A stretch of DNA of 64,000 nt. Origin: Fistulifera solaris. Its lineage: Eukaryota. Shown here one piece after another: positions 38,855 through 50,922 of this stretch (position 1 is its first letter; every line of letters begins with the position of its first letter). Both the position numbers and the translations under genes were made by a program. Location of the stretch: assembly GCA_030295235.1 (NCBI GenBank), contig AP026164.1, positions 496,001-560,000 of the forward strand, given 5' to 3'. The notes under the pieces are model-generated. The model was not told where the DNA came from, searched no databases, and worked only from the letters and a program-made list of their open reading frames with translations.

Positions 38855-39691
38855 ATGGTTCGCTGTTCACATCTTTCGCAGTCGATACATCGCTTCGCGC
38901 TAGCGAGACGAACCGCTGTTCACAATGTCGGATGGAACGCTTCTTCACGCAACCCACTAACACCGTCTTCGGATATTATCGCAAGAACACGACCTTTCTG
39001 TTCCATGTCTCGAATGATTCACTCCACATCGCTCCGGTGGGATGAAAGTAACGCGTCTACGGTAATACCCAACAATGAAGCACCCAAGGAATACTCGACG
39101 CCCGAGTTGACGCGCGATGCGGCCCTGCACAAAGCCGGCTTGGAGGATCCGGACTGTCCTTCGTGGCAGAATCCTTTGATTCACCAAAATCCTCCCAGTG
39201 ATCAAGTATTTAAAGAGGATTTTGCTAGTGAAGAGGCTTTCCAGGCGGCCGTGAATCCTGCGCCACCATTGGAAGACTCCTCGGGGGCTCCTCCGACACC
39301 CGAGTATTTGAATGCCTTGGCGGATGAAATTGTGAATTTGACTGTATTAGAAATGAACGAATTGGTGAATAAAATGGCAGAGCATTACGGCTTTAATGAA
39401 GGGATGCTGTCTCCCGACGATGTGGCTGCGGAGGATATGGGTGATGGTGAAGAAGAAACCGAAGCGCCAGTGGCAAAGACCGTGTTTGATGTCAAGTTGA
39501 CTGGTTTTGATGCGAGCTCCAAGATCAAAGTGATTAAAGAAGTTCGTGCGATTGCGGGCCTAGGTTTAAAAGAGGCGAAGGAATTTGTGGAAGGTGTCCC
39601 CGGTGTTCTAATGAAGGACTTGAAGCAAGACAAGGCCGATGAAATCAAGGCAAAGCTAGAAGCTGTCGGCGCGACCGTGGAAATTGCTTAA
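38855..39691 (+). CDS. Ribosomal protein L7/L12-like, probably mitochondrial (paralog 2, long N-terminal extension)
   Basis: 'LADEIVNLTVLEMNELV' N-domain and '[24 protein letters not shown]' C-domain; Arg/Ser-rich presequence. Confidence 0.88.
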   Translation: MVRCSHLSQSIHRFALARRTAVHNVGWNASSRNPLTPSSDIIARTRPFCSMSRMIHSTSLRWDESNASTVIPNNEAPKEYSTPELTRDAALHKAGLEDPDCPSWQNPLIHQNPPSDQVFKEDFASEEAFQAAVNPAPPLEDSSGAPPTPEYLNALADEIVNLTVLEMNELVNKMAEHYGFNEGMLSPDDVAAEDMGDGEEETEAPVAKTVFDVKLTGFDASSKIKVIKEVRAIAGLGLKEAKEFVEGVPGVLMKDLKQDKADEIKAKLEAVGATVEIA

Positions 39692-39798
39692 TCAAACACT
39701 CTAAAGTACTATCAGTTAAACTCTAATGAATCCTATTAGCAATACTATAGTTACAGTTTCTGTACAATTTTAAAGCAGGTAAATATCAGGCGATTGCG

Positions 39799-41046
39799 CT
39801 AAAAAAGACCGACGGCGTATAGTGTGCTGACGATAGTGGCAATTCCACCACACAACAGGCACAAGCTATCGACGAAACGCACACCAAAAGATGCCTCTGA
39901 AGCCAATTGGAGATGCAATAGCGGCGGAAGACACAATCCCAGCACTCCCACGCAGGCACAGCCCACCAAGGCCAAGGCCTCGACAAAACTAGGTACTAGC
40001 AAAGCCATTCCCACCGCGATAGCGCCCATACTGCACCGGACGAAAAATATCTCTTGCCATGACCGTTCTTGTCGGGTAGGAAAGAGCTTACCTTCGACAA
40101 GTTCACTGCAAGGCACCAGTAGTAATGGCGCTGTGAGCAGTACGACGCCCGACATGGCGAGTCGCGTCAGTGTAGGTATCAAGCCATTGCCCAGTTCTTG
40201 CAAAAGTTCACCTTGAACATTGGGGAAAAGCGAATACAAGCCGAGTCCGAGAATAACGTAAAACGCAAACACGGCCGAAAGTGCGCGGGACGTCGCTTCG
40301 ACCATGCGATGAGGTTCTGTCATAGAATCACGTAGATTGTAAGTAAGTGGAACAACCCCGTACCCGATGACGACGATACCAAACCAATGACTCCATCCTT
40401 GACGAGAAACGGGCCACCAATGAAGTGGTGATAGTGACAACGGCTGTGGTTGTCGTATTGTTTGTTGTATGCCCACTAGAGCCACCAAGAGACAACTGGA
40501 AGCCAGAACGATTAATCCAAGAGCACTGGCGCGTGATAAGTCTCCCATGTCGTGCACAAGCGATAACAAAACCATGCCCAGACCCGCTACTAGACTCACC
40601 ACACCTCGATGATAGAAAGGCGTGTCGCTGAGAAAATCATCTATCGCCGCGACATAGGCCACAAGAACTCCCATGAAAAACACCAACAACAGCATTTCCA
40701 GGACCCATAGGCCTCGTTTCTCAAAGGCATACCACGTGACCGCTCCCAGTTGTGTGGTACCGATTGGAGGAGGCGTTGCCCTCGTTATTGTAACAGACAA
40801 TTCCCAACACCGACACAATCGTTCAACCGCATAGACATTCCACAAAGCAATTAGTGCCACACCCACCACATATAAAATAATCCCTCCTTCTTGACACGCA
40901 AACGGCAAGGCTAAACAGCCAGTACCCATGCAACTTTTCATGATATTTAGAATGGTTTCGTGGAGAGAAGCGTGTCCGTGTAGGGCGGTTGATTTGGGCA
41001 ACAACAAACAATCCGTTTCGGAGTAACACGTATCACTTGTTGACAT
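39799..41046 (-). CDS. Amino acid transporter (Aa_trans, SLC36/38-like)
   Basis: 'NIMKSCMGTGCLALPFA' and about 11 hydrophobic segments. Confidence 0.88.
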   Translation of the reverse strand: MSTSDTCYSETDCLLLPKSTALHGHASLHETILNIMKSCMGTGCLALPFACQEGGIILYVVGVALIALWNVYAVERLCRCWELSVTITRATPPPIGTTQLGAVTWYAFEKRGLWVLEMLLLVFFMGVLVAYVAAIDDFLSDTPFYHRGVVSLVAGLGMVLLSLVHDMGDLSRASALGLIVLASSCLLVALVGIQQTIRQPQPLSLSPLHWWPVSRQGWSHWFGIVVIGYGVVPLTYNLRDSMTEPHRMVEATSRALSAVFAFYVILGLGLYSLFPNVQGELLQELGNGLIPTLTRLAMSGVVLLTAPLLLVPCSELVEGKLFPTRQERSWQEIFFVRCSMGAIAVGMALLVPSFVEALALVGCACVGVLGLCLPPLLHLQLASEASFGVRFVDSLCLLCGGIATIVSTLYAVGLF

Positions 41047-41742
41047 TCTCTTATGAATACTATACTCTAGGTAATCAAACTCGTAACATTCATCAAAGTT
41101 ATGTTATGTTCTCGTTTGCAGTCGGACGTCGCACCCGACAATTATTGATAAGGTCGAATTCAATCCGTTTTGTGTGCCATCTACATCGACAAAATTCCTA
41201 CGGCGCCTACGTGAATTGCACGTAGGATGTGCAGCATAGCAAGTAGCTATATTGGTTCAAGGTTTGATGGCATTTTGCAGTCAAGCAAATATTGTTGTTA
41301 TTGTATCTCTATTGACGGATTGATCGGATCGGACAGCAAGCTGTTTCAGCATCAAGACAACTTGCAGGGATACATATTTGAGCTAGAGAGCTTACTCAGC
41401 AAAGTGCCAGATAGGAATATTTGTGAGAAAATGAATACGAACAATGGAAAAATCAGTTGAATGTCAAAATGGCAATCTGACTTTAGGGAATTAGGAATAA
41501 GTATTAGGTATCGTTGTTTTTCTTATTACATAAAATAATAATGAACCTTTCCTTTTCTCGAGAAACCTCCCCATTTTTTCCTCGGGTTTACTATAGCTTA
41601 AAGTGTTGGCCGTATTTCACCATGACTGGTTCTTTATCCCTTAGTCACGAACAATGCAACGCGATGTTTCATTCATTTTTTTCTGTTTCCTCTTTCAACT
41701 AAACAAAAGCCGTTGATACACCATATCCTCCTTCATTTTTTA

Positions 41743-43449
41743 ATGTATCCAAAATGCTTTAAATGCTACTTATTGTCGCTAAAGACAGTGTTGTTGCTCG
41801 CGGCGGCTATCACGGGTGAAGCATTTACTTTACTGAAACGCACACATCGAAAATCGATTTTTCACACAGTTTCTAGGACGACGACTCGTTGCGGGGTCGT
41901 TCATAAAGATGCCTGGTCACTTCTATCAGAAGAATATCTTGCACAAGAAGATGATTTTATAAACAATTCGGAGCAAGTTCAGCTGATGATGGATCAGATG
42001 CAACTACCAGCTGAGTCTCCATGGTGGCAATGGATGAAGGCGACGCCATGTCCTCTAATTGTGAATTGGAGTCAATCGCTACGCTACGTATGCCGAGTCA
42101 TCGTTTTTCCTTCTGGAATGTCACTGACAAGTCCACTTCGTGAGCCAGAAGGCACCGTGGTTGTGACGAAACTATTGATGGGTGCTGTTTCGCAAGAAGA
42201 TTTAGTGGGAAAACGACAACAACACACGCGACAGAAAGAACTATCATCGAAGGAATCAGCAACTTGGACCACGCTTGGAGGAAAGGACCGCATGTATCAC
42301 GCGATGGACATGGGTACAGGTGTTCTATTCGAGGTATTACTTCTTCCTTCGTCGCCATCAGTACCAGCAACAATTTCGACTGGAGACAACATGTGTCTCA
42401 CTTCTGCTGATTGGCCTATTGAGCAACGACTGCACTTTCGGAGCTCAAGCACAAAAGAGTCGAAGGACGAAAAGGCTATCATACAACAAGTTGAAGCACA
42501 GACCGTTGCCTTCTCCATTCACACAGAATTCCAATCCGCACTTGGAGGCTTGCAACCACAAATCGACACCATCGTTCGGCGTGTCCTTGAGGGTCGTGTC
42601 CTACTCCGGTCGAATTCCTCCACGACACCAATGGAAGCGCGCAAATTAGCTTCTCTTGGACTAGTACCCGTACGAGGACTCTTACTCTACGGTCCGCCGG
42701 GCTGTGGAAAGACGGCATTGGCTCGAGAACTGGCTCGTGTCTTGCGCGCACGAGAACCCAAAATCGTAGCCGCACCCGAATTGTTGGATCGGTGGGTCGG
42801 CGGCAGTGAAAAGAAAGTTCGCGCGCTCTTTCAGGATGCCGAAGCCGAACTTGCTGCCTGTGGTGGGGATGCAACGAAAAGTGCATTGCACGTTATTGTC
42901 ATTGATGAAATTGATGCAGTCTTTCGGAAGCGCACTTCGTCCGAAGACAGCGGAGAATCCACGCGCTCGAGTGTCGTGAATCAAATTTTAACTAAATTAG
43001 ATGGGGTAAAGGCTATTCCGAACGTACTATTGATTGGAATGACGAATCGTAAAGAGCTCCTGGATGAAGCACTCTTGCGTCCGGGCCGTTTGGAAGTGCA
43101 GGTCGAAATACCCATGCCCAACCGGGAAGGCCGTCGTGAAATATTGGCCATTCACTTTGCAGCTTTACGAAAAAATCATCGATTGTGTCCACGGCTATGC
43201 GATGCGCTGGATGGAACACTGTCCGAGAACCAAAGGTTTTGGCGTAGAATCGAGAAGTCGACATTCGATCCGGCGTCGAATCAAGCCACGGGAGGATTTT
43301 CGGGGGCAGACCTGGCGGGCCTAGTGCGATGTGCTGCATCCATTGGATTGGCAAAAGCGCGGAACGCTGGGTCAGGCGTCAGCGGTCTTTTCATAACGTT
43401 AGACGATGTTCAACAGGCATTGGTTGAGATGAGAAAATCGAGAGTTTAA
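41743..43449 (+). CDS. NSF/Sec18-like AAA+ ATPase with a single AAA domain and predicted signal peptide
   Basis: 'GGLQPQIDTIVRR', Walker A GPPGCGKT, 'AREPKIV', 'LHVIVIDEIDAV', 'SVVNQIL.KLDGV..I.NVLLIGMTNR', DEALLRPGRLEV and FSGAD. N-terminus 'LLLAAAITGEA-FT'. Confidence 0.8.
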   Translation: MYPKCFKCYLLSLKTVLLLAAAITGEAFTLLKRTHRKSIFHTVSRTTTRCGVVHKDAWSLLSEEYLAQEDDFINNSEQVQLMMDQMQLPAESPWWQWMKATPCPLIVNWSQSLRYVCRVIVFPSGMSLTSPLREPEGTVVVTKLLMGAVSQEDLVGKRQQHTRQKELSSKESATWTTLGGKDRMYHAMDMGTGVLFEVLLLPSSPSVPATISTGDNMCLTSADWPIEQRLHFRSSSTKESKDEKAIIQQVEAQTVAFSIHTEFQSALGGLQPQIDTIVRRVLEGRVLLRSNSSTTPMEARKLASLGLVPVRGLLLYGPPGCGKTALARELARVLRAREPKIVAAPELLDRWVGGSEKKVRALFQDAEAELAACGGDATKSALHVIVIDEIDAVFRKRTSSEDSGESTRSSVVNQILTKLDGVKAIPNVLLIGMTNRKELLDEALLRPGRLEVQVEIPMPNREGRREILAIHFAALRKNHRLCPRLCDALDGTLSENQRFWRRIEKSTFDPASNQATGGFSGADLAGLVRCAASIGLAKARNAGSGVSGLFITLDDVQQALVEMRKSRV

Positions 43450-44318
43450 GGTTTGAGTGTAACTTTCGAGATCGTGTGATTTGAGTCAGAGAACCCAAGA
43501 CTAGAGCGATGCCCGGATTGATGGGGTGGATTGGTAGCGAAAGCATGCGCTGCAATTGCAACGTGATGACTCGTGATAGTAATGCCACAAAATGTTGCTG
43601 TGTGTTGTGTTTACGGCGTCAAAGGCACTCCAAAAGAAAGAGGGATTGCAACAGACTTGATAGTCAAGACTAGGAAACAAGCCCGAATCGTATGCAGCAA
43701 GCACACGAAGGAACATGATGATTTTTCAAGTGAATTAATCACGTCACTTCCCCTTCTGGAAGCTCAAATCGTCGAACGCTGTTTGAACAGTCGCCAAGAC
43801 CTGCTTGCCCCCAACGGAAACTCTTTTTCGTGTGCGCCTTTCCATTTATTGCGTTAAAACGGACACTTATACAACTACAAATACTCTCTGTCCTGCCTTG
43901 TGACTGTACAGCTCAGAAAGCGTTAAGAGCTACTAAACTGAACACCGTGAATTTGGCGGCTGACTAGGTTCCTACAGCGCGTTCATTGTTTCCGCTTGAG
44001 CATCGTTGGGTCCATAATACAAACAAGGTGCCCAAACTGTGACATTCAGCACACGCTCCGCCCATAGACCGTTAATAGATAGCTTCTTGAGACCGGTAAT
44101 AATGTCGTTTTCTTTGTAAAAAGTGTACCAGTAGCTCGATCATTCCCGAAAATACTACATCCCCGACTCATATAGAAACCAGTCCCGGAAGTGTTCGACC
44201 CGCCCCACTATTATTATTGCACGGTTTTGCGTTGCACTTTTGGTATTTTTGTCTGTTTTTTCATTGTGAGCAAAGAGGAAAAGGATGAAGCTTCAAACGA
44301 TCACCACAATCGAACAAG

Positions 44319-45530
44319 ATGGAATGTGAGAAACGGAAACGAAAGTATTGCGTAGCGCTGTATATTCGATACGTAGCAGCTTTCTTTCTTGTGTTCTTCT
44401 TCTCTCGACTGCTGCAACTTTGGCACTCGGTCGAGTCATCGTTCCCGAACGACCTTATCATTCAGTCATTATCACATTTACCTCCCAATATAACAACTCA
44501 TAATGAGAAAGCAGAACGAAACATAATCTTTGTACACGTAGGAAAAGCGGCAGGAGAGACCATCAAGAATATTCTCAAGGCTGGATGTCTCGCTCGGACA
44601 GCGAGAAGGCGGCAGGAAAAGTGTTTGGCCAGACTCCCGGACAGTCGTCTTTCGGAGCTCGGTAAGATTATTATGCGTTACAAATTCTCTTTCATGTATT
44701 TACGGTGCTAAGAGTTGGACTCACATATCACACAGTAAGCGCATACTTTCATTGCTTTGATGTTCCCCGACTCAAAAAGTTGAAGCCGACATCATTTCTT
44801 TTCAATGTACGACACCCTGTAGATCGGTAAGTCAGCCTCGGTCACTCATCCTAGCTGCTGTTTTGAAAAAGTTGGAAGCCTCATTTGTCTTGTTCTTCGC
44901 ATCAGTGCGCTTTCGTGGTACGGTTACATTCATCCAGATCATTGTAAACACATGGCAACGCCCGCCTGTAAGGCCAAGTGGCAGCTCAAAAATGAAGATA
45001 CATGGGTTCATCGTTTCTTCGACTGTTTTCCGACTGCGGAAGAATGGTTTCTACCGAAAACGTCACATTGTCGTGCAATCGCGCAACAAGCGTGGAAGGG
45101 ATCGTTAGATTATAGAGAGGTGCCTTTGGCCGCTCACATGATTGCCAATTATCAGCACTACGTCAACAACACAATACACGTATTACCCGATAGCGAGATA
45201 TTAGTGGTACGTACCACCGACTTGTGGCATGATTTGAAGGCACTCGACGAGTGGTTAGGCGGTACTGGACGCTTTGGTCGTGGGATCGAAGGAACAGCAG
45301 TTACGCATGGCAGTCATCGCTACGCGAATCCTGTCTTGAATGGAACCACTATGTTCGCCGCTTGTTGTGCGTTGCTCCCAGAGCTTAGTGTATATCGAGA
45401 TTTGCTGGCAAAAGCAGCCAATTTAGACCAAATAACGAAAGATTTAGAAAGGGAAGATGCCGTTAAACATTGCGGTTCAGAGTCATGGGAGGAACTTTGG
45501 GAAAGTTGTTCTCAACTGCATTCATCTTGA
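44319..45530 (+). CDS. Type II membrane sulfotransferase-like protein
   Basis: N-terminal TM; 'FVHVGKAAGETI' (5'-PSB-like) and 'VRHPVDRALSWY' (3'-PB-like) after splicing introns 44662-44735 and 44827-44905. Confidence 0.7.
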
Positions 45531-45676
45531 AGCGGGAATCAGCAGCAGTCACCACCATTGTATTTACTTTCGATTGCTACCACCTCTGTTCAAACTGTTT
45601 TCACCTTCTGTCAAGGACAATAACTAACTAGAACAAAATTTAATGGTAGAGGGATTTAGCAGATACCCTGCGAGTT

Positions 45677-48160
45677 TTATTCATGAACGCCTTCGACTGC
45701 GTTCGCAATAACGGCAAGCTCATCCTCCTCCATGGAGGGAGCACTGGATGCAAGGCTTGTTCTAGTCTCACTTTTCCTTTCTCCATTCGGTTCTTCCAAT
45801 ACAGCTTTGCGACTGAGTCGAATCTTTCCTTTCTCTACGCCCAAATATTTAACCGTTAACTCCTCGACTCCAAGACTTTTGATATATCCTTCACAATTTC
45901 TGATCCGATCACGTGCAAGTTCTGACACGTGAACAAGCCCCTCAAGCCCAGGTGTGGATCCGTCCTCGGACCCAGGTAATATTTCAACAAATACGCCGAA
46001 TGGATGGATTCCGGTAATTTTGCCAGTGTATGTTTCCCCTTCGACTGGGTCAGGCCCTGCGTACTTGGCTCTCTCTGTCTTGCCACCGCCACCGGCTCCT
46101 CCTTTGATCAGGTTCATCACGAACTCTTCGGCTTCTTTCATTTTCTGTGCATTGAAAGAAGAAACTTGAATTTTTCCGTCGTCTTTGACATCCATATTTG
46201 TTAGCTCAAAGTCTTCGATGATTGCTCGAATTTGTTTGCCACCAGGTCCAATGATCTTTCCCAATGATTCACTAGGTACTGTAAACGACATAATCTTCGG
46301 TACTGTAGGAGGAAGTTCGGCCCGTGGCGCTGAAAGAACCTTGTCCATTTCATCCAGAATATGAAGTCGACCCTGACGAGCCTGTTCAAGAGCGCGTTGC
46401 ATCGTCTCAAACGTCAGACCTTCACATTTGATATCTAATTGAAACGTTGTAACGCCATGTCTATCGCCAGCGACTTTAAAGTCCATGGTTCCTAGGGCGT
46501 CTTCTGTTCCAGTAATGTCAGACAAAATCAATGCGTTTTCATCAGACAAACCTCCTTTGTCGCCCAAAAGCATTCCCATGGCAATACCAGCCACTGGTTT
46601 TTTAATGGGCACGCCAGCATCCATCAAAGACAGACAACCTCCACAAACGCTTGCCATACTACTTGATCCGTGTGACTCGGTAATCAAAGATTCAACACGG
46701 ATTGTGTAAGGAAACTCTTCTTCGGATGGCAGAGTGGGAATGAGTGCCCTCTCTGCCAAATTACCGTGTCCAACTTCTCGTCGTCCCGGGGCTCCCACTC
46801 GTCCAGTCTCTCCAACGCTACTAGGTGGGAAACTGTACTGCAAATAGAAGCGTTTCTCTTCCAGACCATCCAATTTGTCGATTTTTTGACGCATTCCCGA
46901 GTCACCGAGCGTAGCAGTCGCGATTGCTTGTGTCTCTCCACGCGTAAACAATGCCGATCCGTGAACTCTCGGCAAGAAGCCGGCCTCAATGTCGATTCTC
47001 CGAACGGCACCAAGCTCACGTCCATCCGCTCGCATACCAGTAGTCTTGGCTCTTTCAAACATGCGGCGAGATAAGAGGTCTTTGAAAGCCATCTTGATGG
47101 CAATCGATTCATCTGGAAACTCTTCTTCGAGTGTTTCCACCACGTTTTTCTGCAAGGCTGACATCAATGCACCTTGTTCCTCCTTAGTGCCCAGCGTGGC
47201 GTACATTTCATCCACCTTGGCAGTGAACAGTTCGTCGACGCGCTGCTGCAATCCGTCCGGAGGAAGCTTGAGAGTCTCCAAATTCTTGGTGATCCCTACT
47301 GTCTCTCCAAACTCCTTGATACCCTTACAAAGAATCTGTATAGCATCATGCCCGTGCTGCACAGCTTTTAAAAATATTTCTTCTGGTAAAAAATCTGCTG
47401 CACCTTCAATCATAAGAATTGCATCCTGCGTTCCAGCCACGGTCAAGTGCAGTGCGGACTTTGCCATCTGCTCATTGGTCGGATTTAGCAAGAAACTTCC
47501 GTCTTCATCCATGCCTACTTGCACTGCTGCTACCGGCTTGAGCAGCGGTACGTCAGATAAATATAAAGCCGTCGCGCTGCTCACAATGGCAAGAGGATCG
47601 CACGATCGAATACCGTCATAAGAAAGGACCCACGAAAGGAGTTGCGTTTCGTGACGCCAGCCAGAAGCCACCAGAGGACGAATCGGCCGATCAATCAAAC
47701 GGCAAGTCAATATTTCATGTTCCGCGGCGCGGCCGTCTCGTTTATTGTATGATCCACTGGTGAGTCCGGCGGAACTGAATCGTTCCTGATGTTCCACCGA
47801 AAGCGGCAAAAGTCGATTTCGGCCTTTGGCTTTTCATCTCTGGCAGCTGTAGCATACAAAACAGAATCACCGCGGGTCAATGTGACAGCACCCGCTGCTT
47901 GGCGACCAATTTTTCCTGTTTCTATAACAATGGGTGGCATATCGGTGTCGGTGTCTTTGTCATTGAGCTTGTGGAAAATGATCTTGTGAACAGCTCCACC
48001 TTGTGGGCCGTCGTTCGTTGTTTCCAATCGAGTAGTATTCATCGGTAGCGCCGTTTGTTGCGGATAGAGATGTCGGTATTCTCAGGTACGACTGTCGATG
48101 GAGTGGCGAGAAAGCCACCGCGGAGACAAACACGTAACTTGAAATCAGGAGCAGCCGCAT
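45677..48160 (-). CDS. Polyribonucleotide nucleotidyltransferase (PNPase), plastid-targeted
   Basis: Presequence MRLLLISSYVFVSAVA-FSP; RLIDRPIRP, HGSALFTRGETQ, RREVGHG, DFKVAG, KH domain (IIGPGGK) and S1 domain. Frameshifts at ~48022 and ~47807. Confidence 0.95.
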
Positions 48161-48833
48161 TCTTGTGAAATAGGTGAAGAGGGTAAACGATCGGAATGAA
48201 ACCGACAAACAAGGAGATCAGTTGCGAAAAGTTCTAGCACCGAAAATAAAAGGCCTTTATCCCAGTTGTTTCCAGTTAAGCCAAAAGATGAAATAAAAGC
48301 ATCGTATGACGAGTGACGAGCACTCGGCACTTTCTTCTCTGACTTGAGTGTGCAAACGGGTGTGACTACCAGGTATGTTTTTGTTGACGTTTTTCTTCAA
48401 GGGGAGGGGACGTGTGGAAGAGGAAATCAAAAGTCTGCTGTCCACCACGTATGCACGAGATGCCGGGACTGCAGTTGAGTCAAGTCAGTGCTTTAGACTT
48501 TATCATATAGTGCCCCTACCGGAATCGAAACGGGTTTTACATATAATTCTATTCGACAAGAAAGCTATATGATTGCAAACACCACCATGAACGCTACTCG
48601 CCAAAATGTGTTTCTTCCTTTTTCTATCTGTGCCTCTCTTAATTGACGTTTGTCGTGGTTTTCGAGAACCATAGTGAATCTAGCATTCGGCTTTTCAGCG
48701 TAAATAGCCGAGAGAGTTGTTGCGTTTCAAAGGAGTTGGATGATTGTAAGGTTAAAGATCATCAACAAAAATTGTGTATTTTTCCGAAGCTTTGTATACA
48801 ATTGATTTTAATTGTACTTAACTTCTGTTTACT

Positions 48834-49145
48834 TTCCAGAAATCTGGACACAGTGACTTTCCAGTTACAGAAATTCTGCGTATGTTCCAGAAATTTTTGA
48901 CACGGTGTTTTTAGTCAGCAAAGAAACCTAGTGAATTTTATACCCTACTTGTAATTTGCTAAGAAGTTCTTGATACAGTGATTTTGATCATATCGAAATT
49001 CCATGTACAACTACTTCCAGAAACAGAAATTCTGAAGACGATTTTCCTGATCAAACAGAAATTCTTTGTTGGTTTACAGACTCCGGACACAGGTGATTTT
49101 ATCATACAGATATTCTGTTTATGTTCCAGAAAGTCTGGATACGGT
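48834..49145. repeat. Degenerate array related to the 52-bp palindromic repeat
   Basis: TTCCAGAAATCTGGAC (48834), ACAGAAATTCTG, TTCCAGAAATTTTTGAC (48885), and '...GGACACAGGTGATTTTATCATACAGATATTCTG..TTCCAGAAAGTCTGGAT' (49074-49140). Period 50-51 bp. Confidence 0.75.
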
Positions 49146-49303
49146 GTGTCGTGTTTCGTTTTGGATCCCACCCCTGTATTCATTATCCATACATCAAACG
49201 AAATGATATGTTTACTAATCAATCAATACCACCGAAAAAGGTGAAAATCGCTTTTACGCTTCATGCAAAAGATGCATCTATCACAGAAATGAGAGAAAAA
49301 TCT

Positions 49304-50281
49304 CTAGTCATTGTTACTACTATTTGCATTGTTCTTTCTTCTCCGCTTTGTACTTTCCAATAAAAAAGCGGGGGCACTTCCTTCATCTCTTCCTTTCCGC
49401 TTGTTCGCTCGCACGAGTGAATCGGATGGGTCGCTACCGTCTACTTTTTGAGCGGGTGAATCCCCGTTACTGCTCTTTGCACTTTTGGCATCCGCACCTC
49501 GCGCTGTACTGCTCGTCGATTCTGTTTTGTGCACACGAAAGCCGAAAACGCGAGGCACATACGTTGTCTGTACGGGTAATGGATCTGGAGATAAATTGTT
49601 GAACGTCATAAGAAACAAGTGCGGGAACGTGGTGCCGAAGGCGGCTCCATCAACGCCAGATGTGTTTCCCGTCCGACTGCTACGGATGGGTGGTGGATGA
49701 TAGACTTGTGAGCATTTCGGACAGTATATTTTTACGGTATCCACGCCCAGGTCGTCCTTGAGGCCGACCGGAAGAACTGGTTGACCACCGCATGGTACTA
49801 ATGGGCAAGTTCCAAAGTCTTTTGCCACGTACTAGATGTCGATACGACGTGAGTGATACTTGACAAGTATTAGACATTGACAACGTCATGAAAACATACC
49901 TTGGAATACATCGCATCTAGACCATGGGCTGTTATTACATAACGTGCATGAATGAGTGAATAGAGTGTGCACGCAGATTGCGTCAGGTGACTGTCATCTG
50001 AATCATCGGGTCCAATGCGGTCCAAAATGAGATCTAAGCAATCAGAGAAGTTTGATACACAAGTTCGCAGGCCGTAAAGATTAAAACCATCTTCAATGTA
50101 AGATCTTTCGACTTCGCAAAACATTTCATGTCCCTTCAGGCCGCAAAACCTAAGTGGTAGAAGCCAATCCAGATGAGAACTCGTCCTTTCGGAAAAGATA
50201 CGGAACGTAAGAACACAAAGCTTACCATTGAATCCAAGGTTCGTCATGACCTGACACTGAAGAATCTTCATTGAATGCCAT
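49304..50281 (-). CDS. Casein kinase II regulatory (beta) subunit
   Basis: [32 protein letters not shown], 'FGTCPLVPC...YCPKC' and [13 protein letters not shown]. Two introns (~50225-50151, ~49900-49834). Start codon is tentative. Confidence 0.93.
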
Positions 50282-50922
50282 GTTATCGGAGTTATGTATT
50301 CTTGACTTTATTGATCTGTATGTATTTCGGGCACCCGAACTTGGAGGTGAAACGAATTGTGTCAACCCTTGCGCGATAGAAAGAATGGCGGCAAGCAAAC
50401 TATCGATCCCCTTTACGGCAATACTAAAAGTACTGTTGAGTCTTTTGTTACGTTGTCAGCTCAGTGTTAGTGTCAACGCTAATCGTTTTACTTGTTGTAA
50501 GTCGTCGCGGATCTTTTCATCCTTTTGCTGTCATCCTTTTCTTGCTGCGGGTTGCTGTTTGCCAACAAAATAAAAAGAAAGCTGCGCTCAAACAAAAGTT
50601 GGTGGCTGATGGACGGAAAGACGAATCGCGGAGAAGTCCGAAGTGACTACGTCCTGCCCTATCTGATAGTGTGCTAGTTCGCGCTGCGACCAGTCCTCTT
50701 CGGCGACGGAAAACTCGACGACCGACGACTAGAATTCTCACACCATGAATCTAGATAAATGACGGAAGTCGTTGACTGATTACAGAGAGTTGCACAAAGC
50801 ATGGCGTTATAATTGGGCTTGGAAGTGCAAGTCGACACCTGGGAAACAAGTACAACGAAAAGTCGACAGCCTCAAACAATATTAGGTTTCTTCTCGCCTC
50901 GAAAGGCAACTAATTTTTTTAA

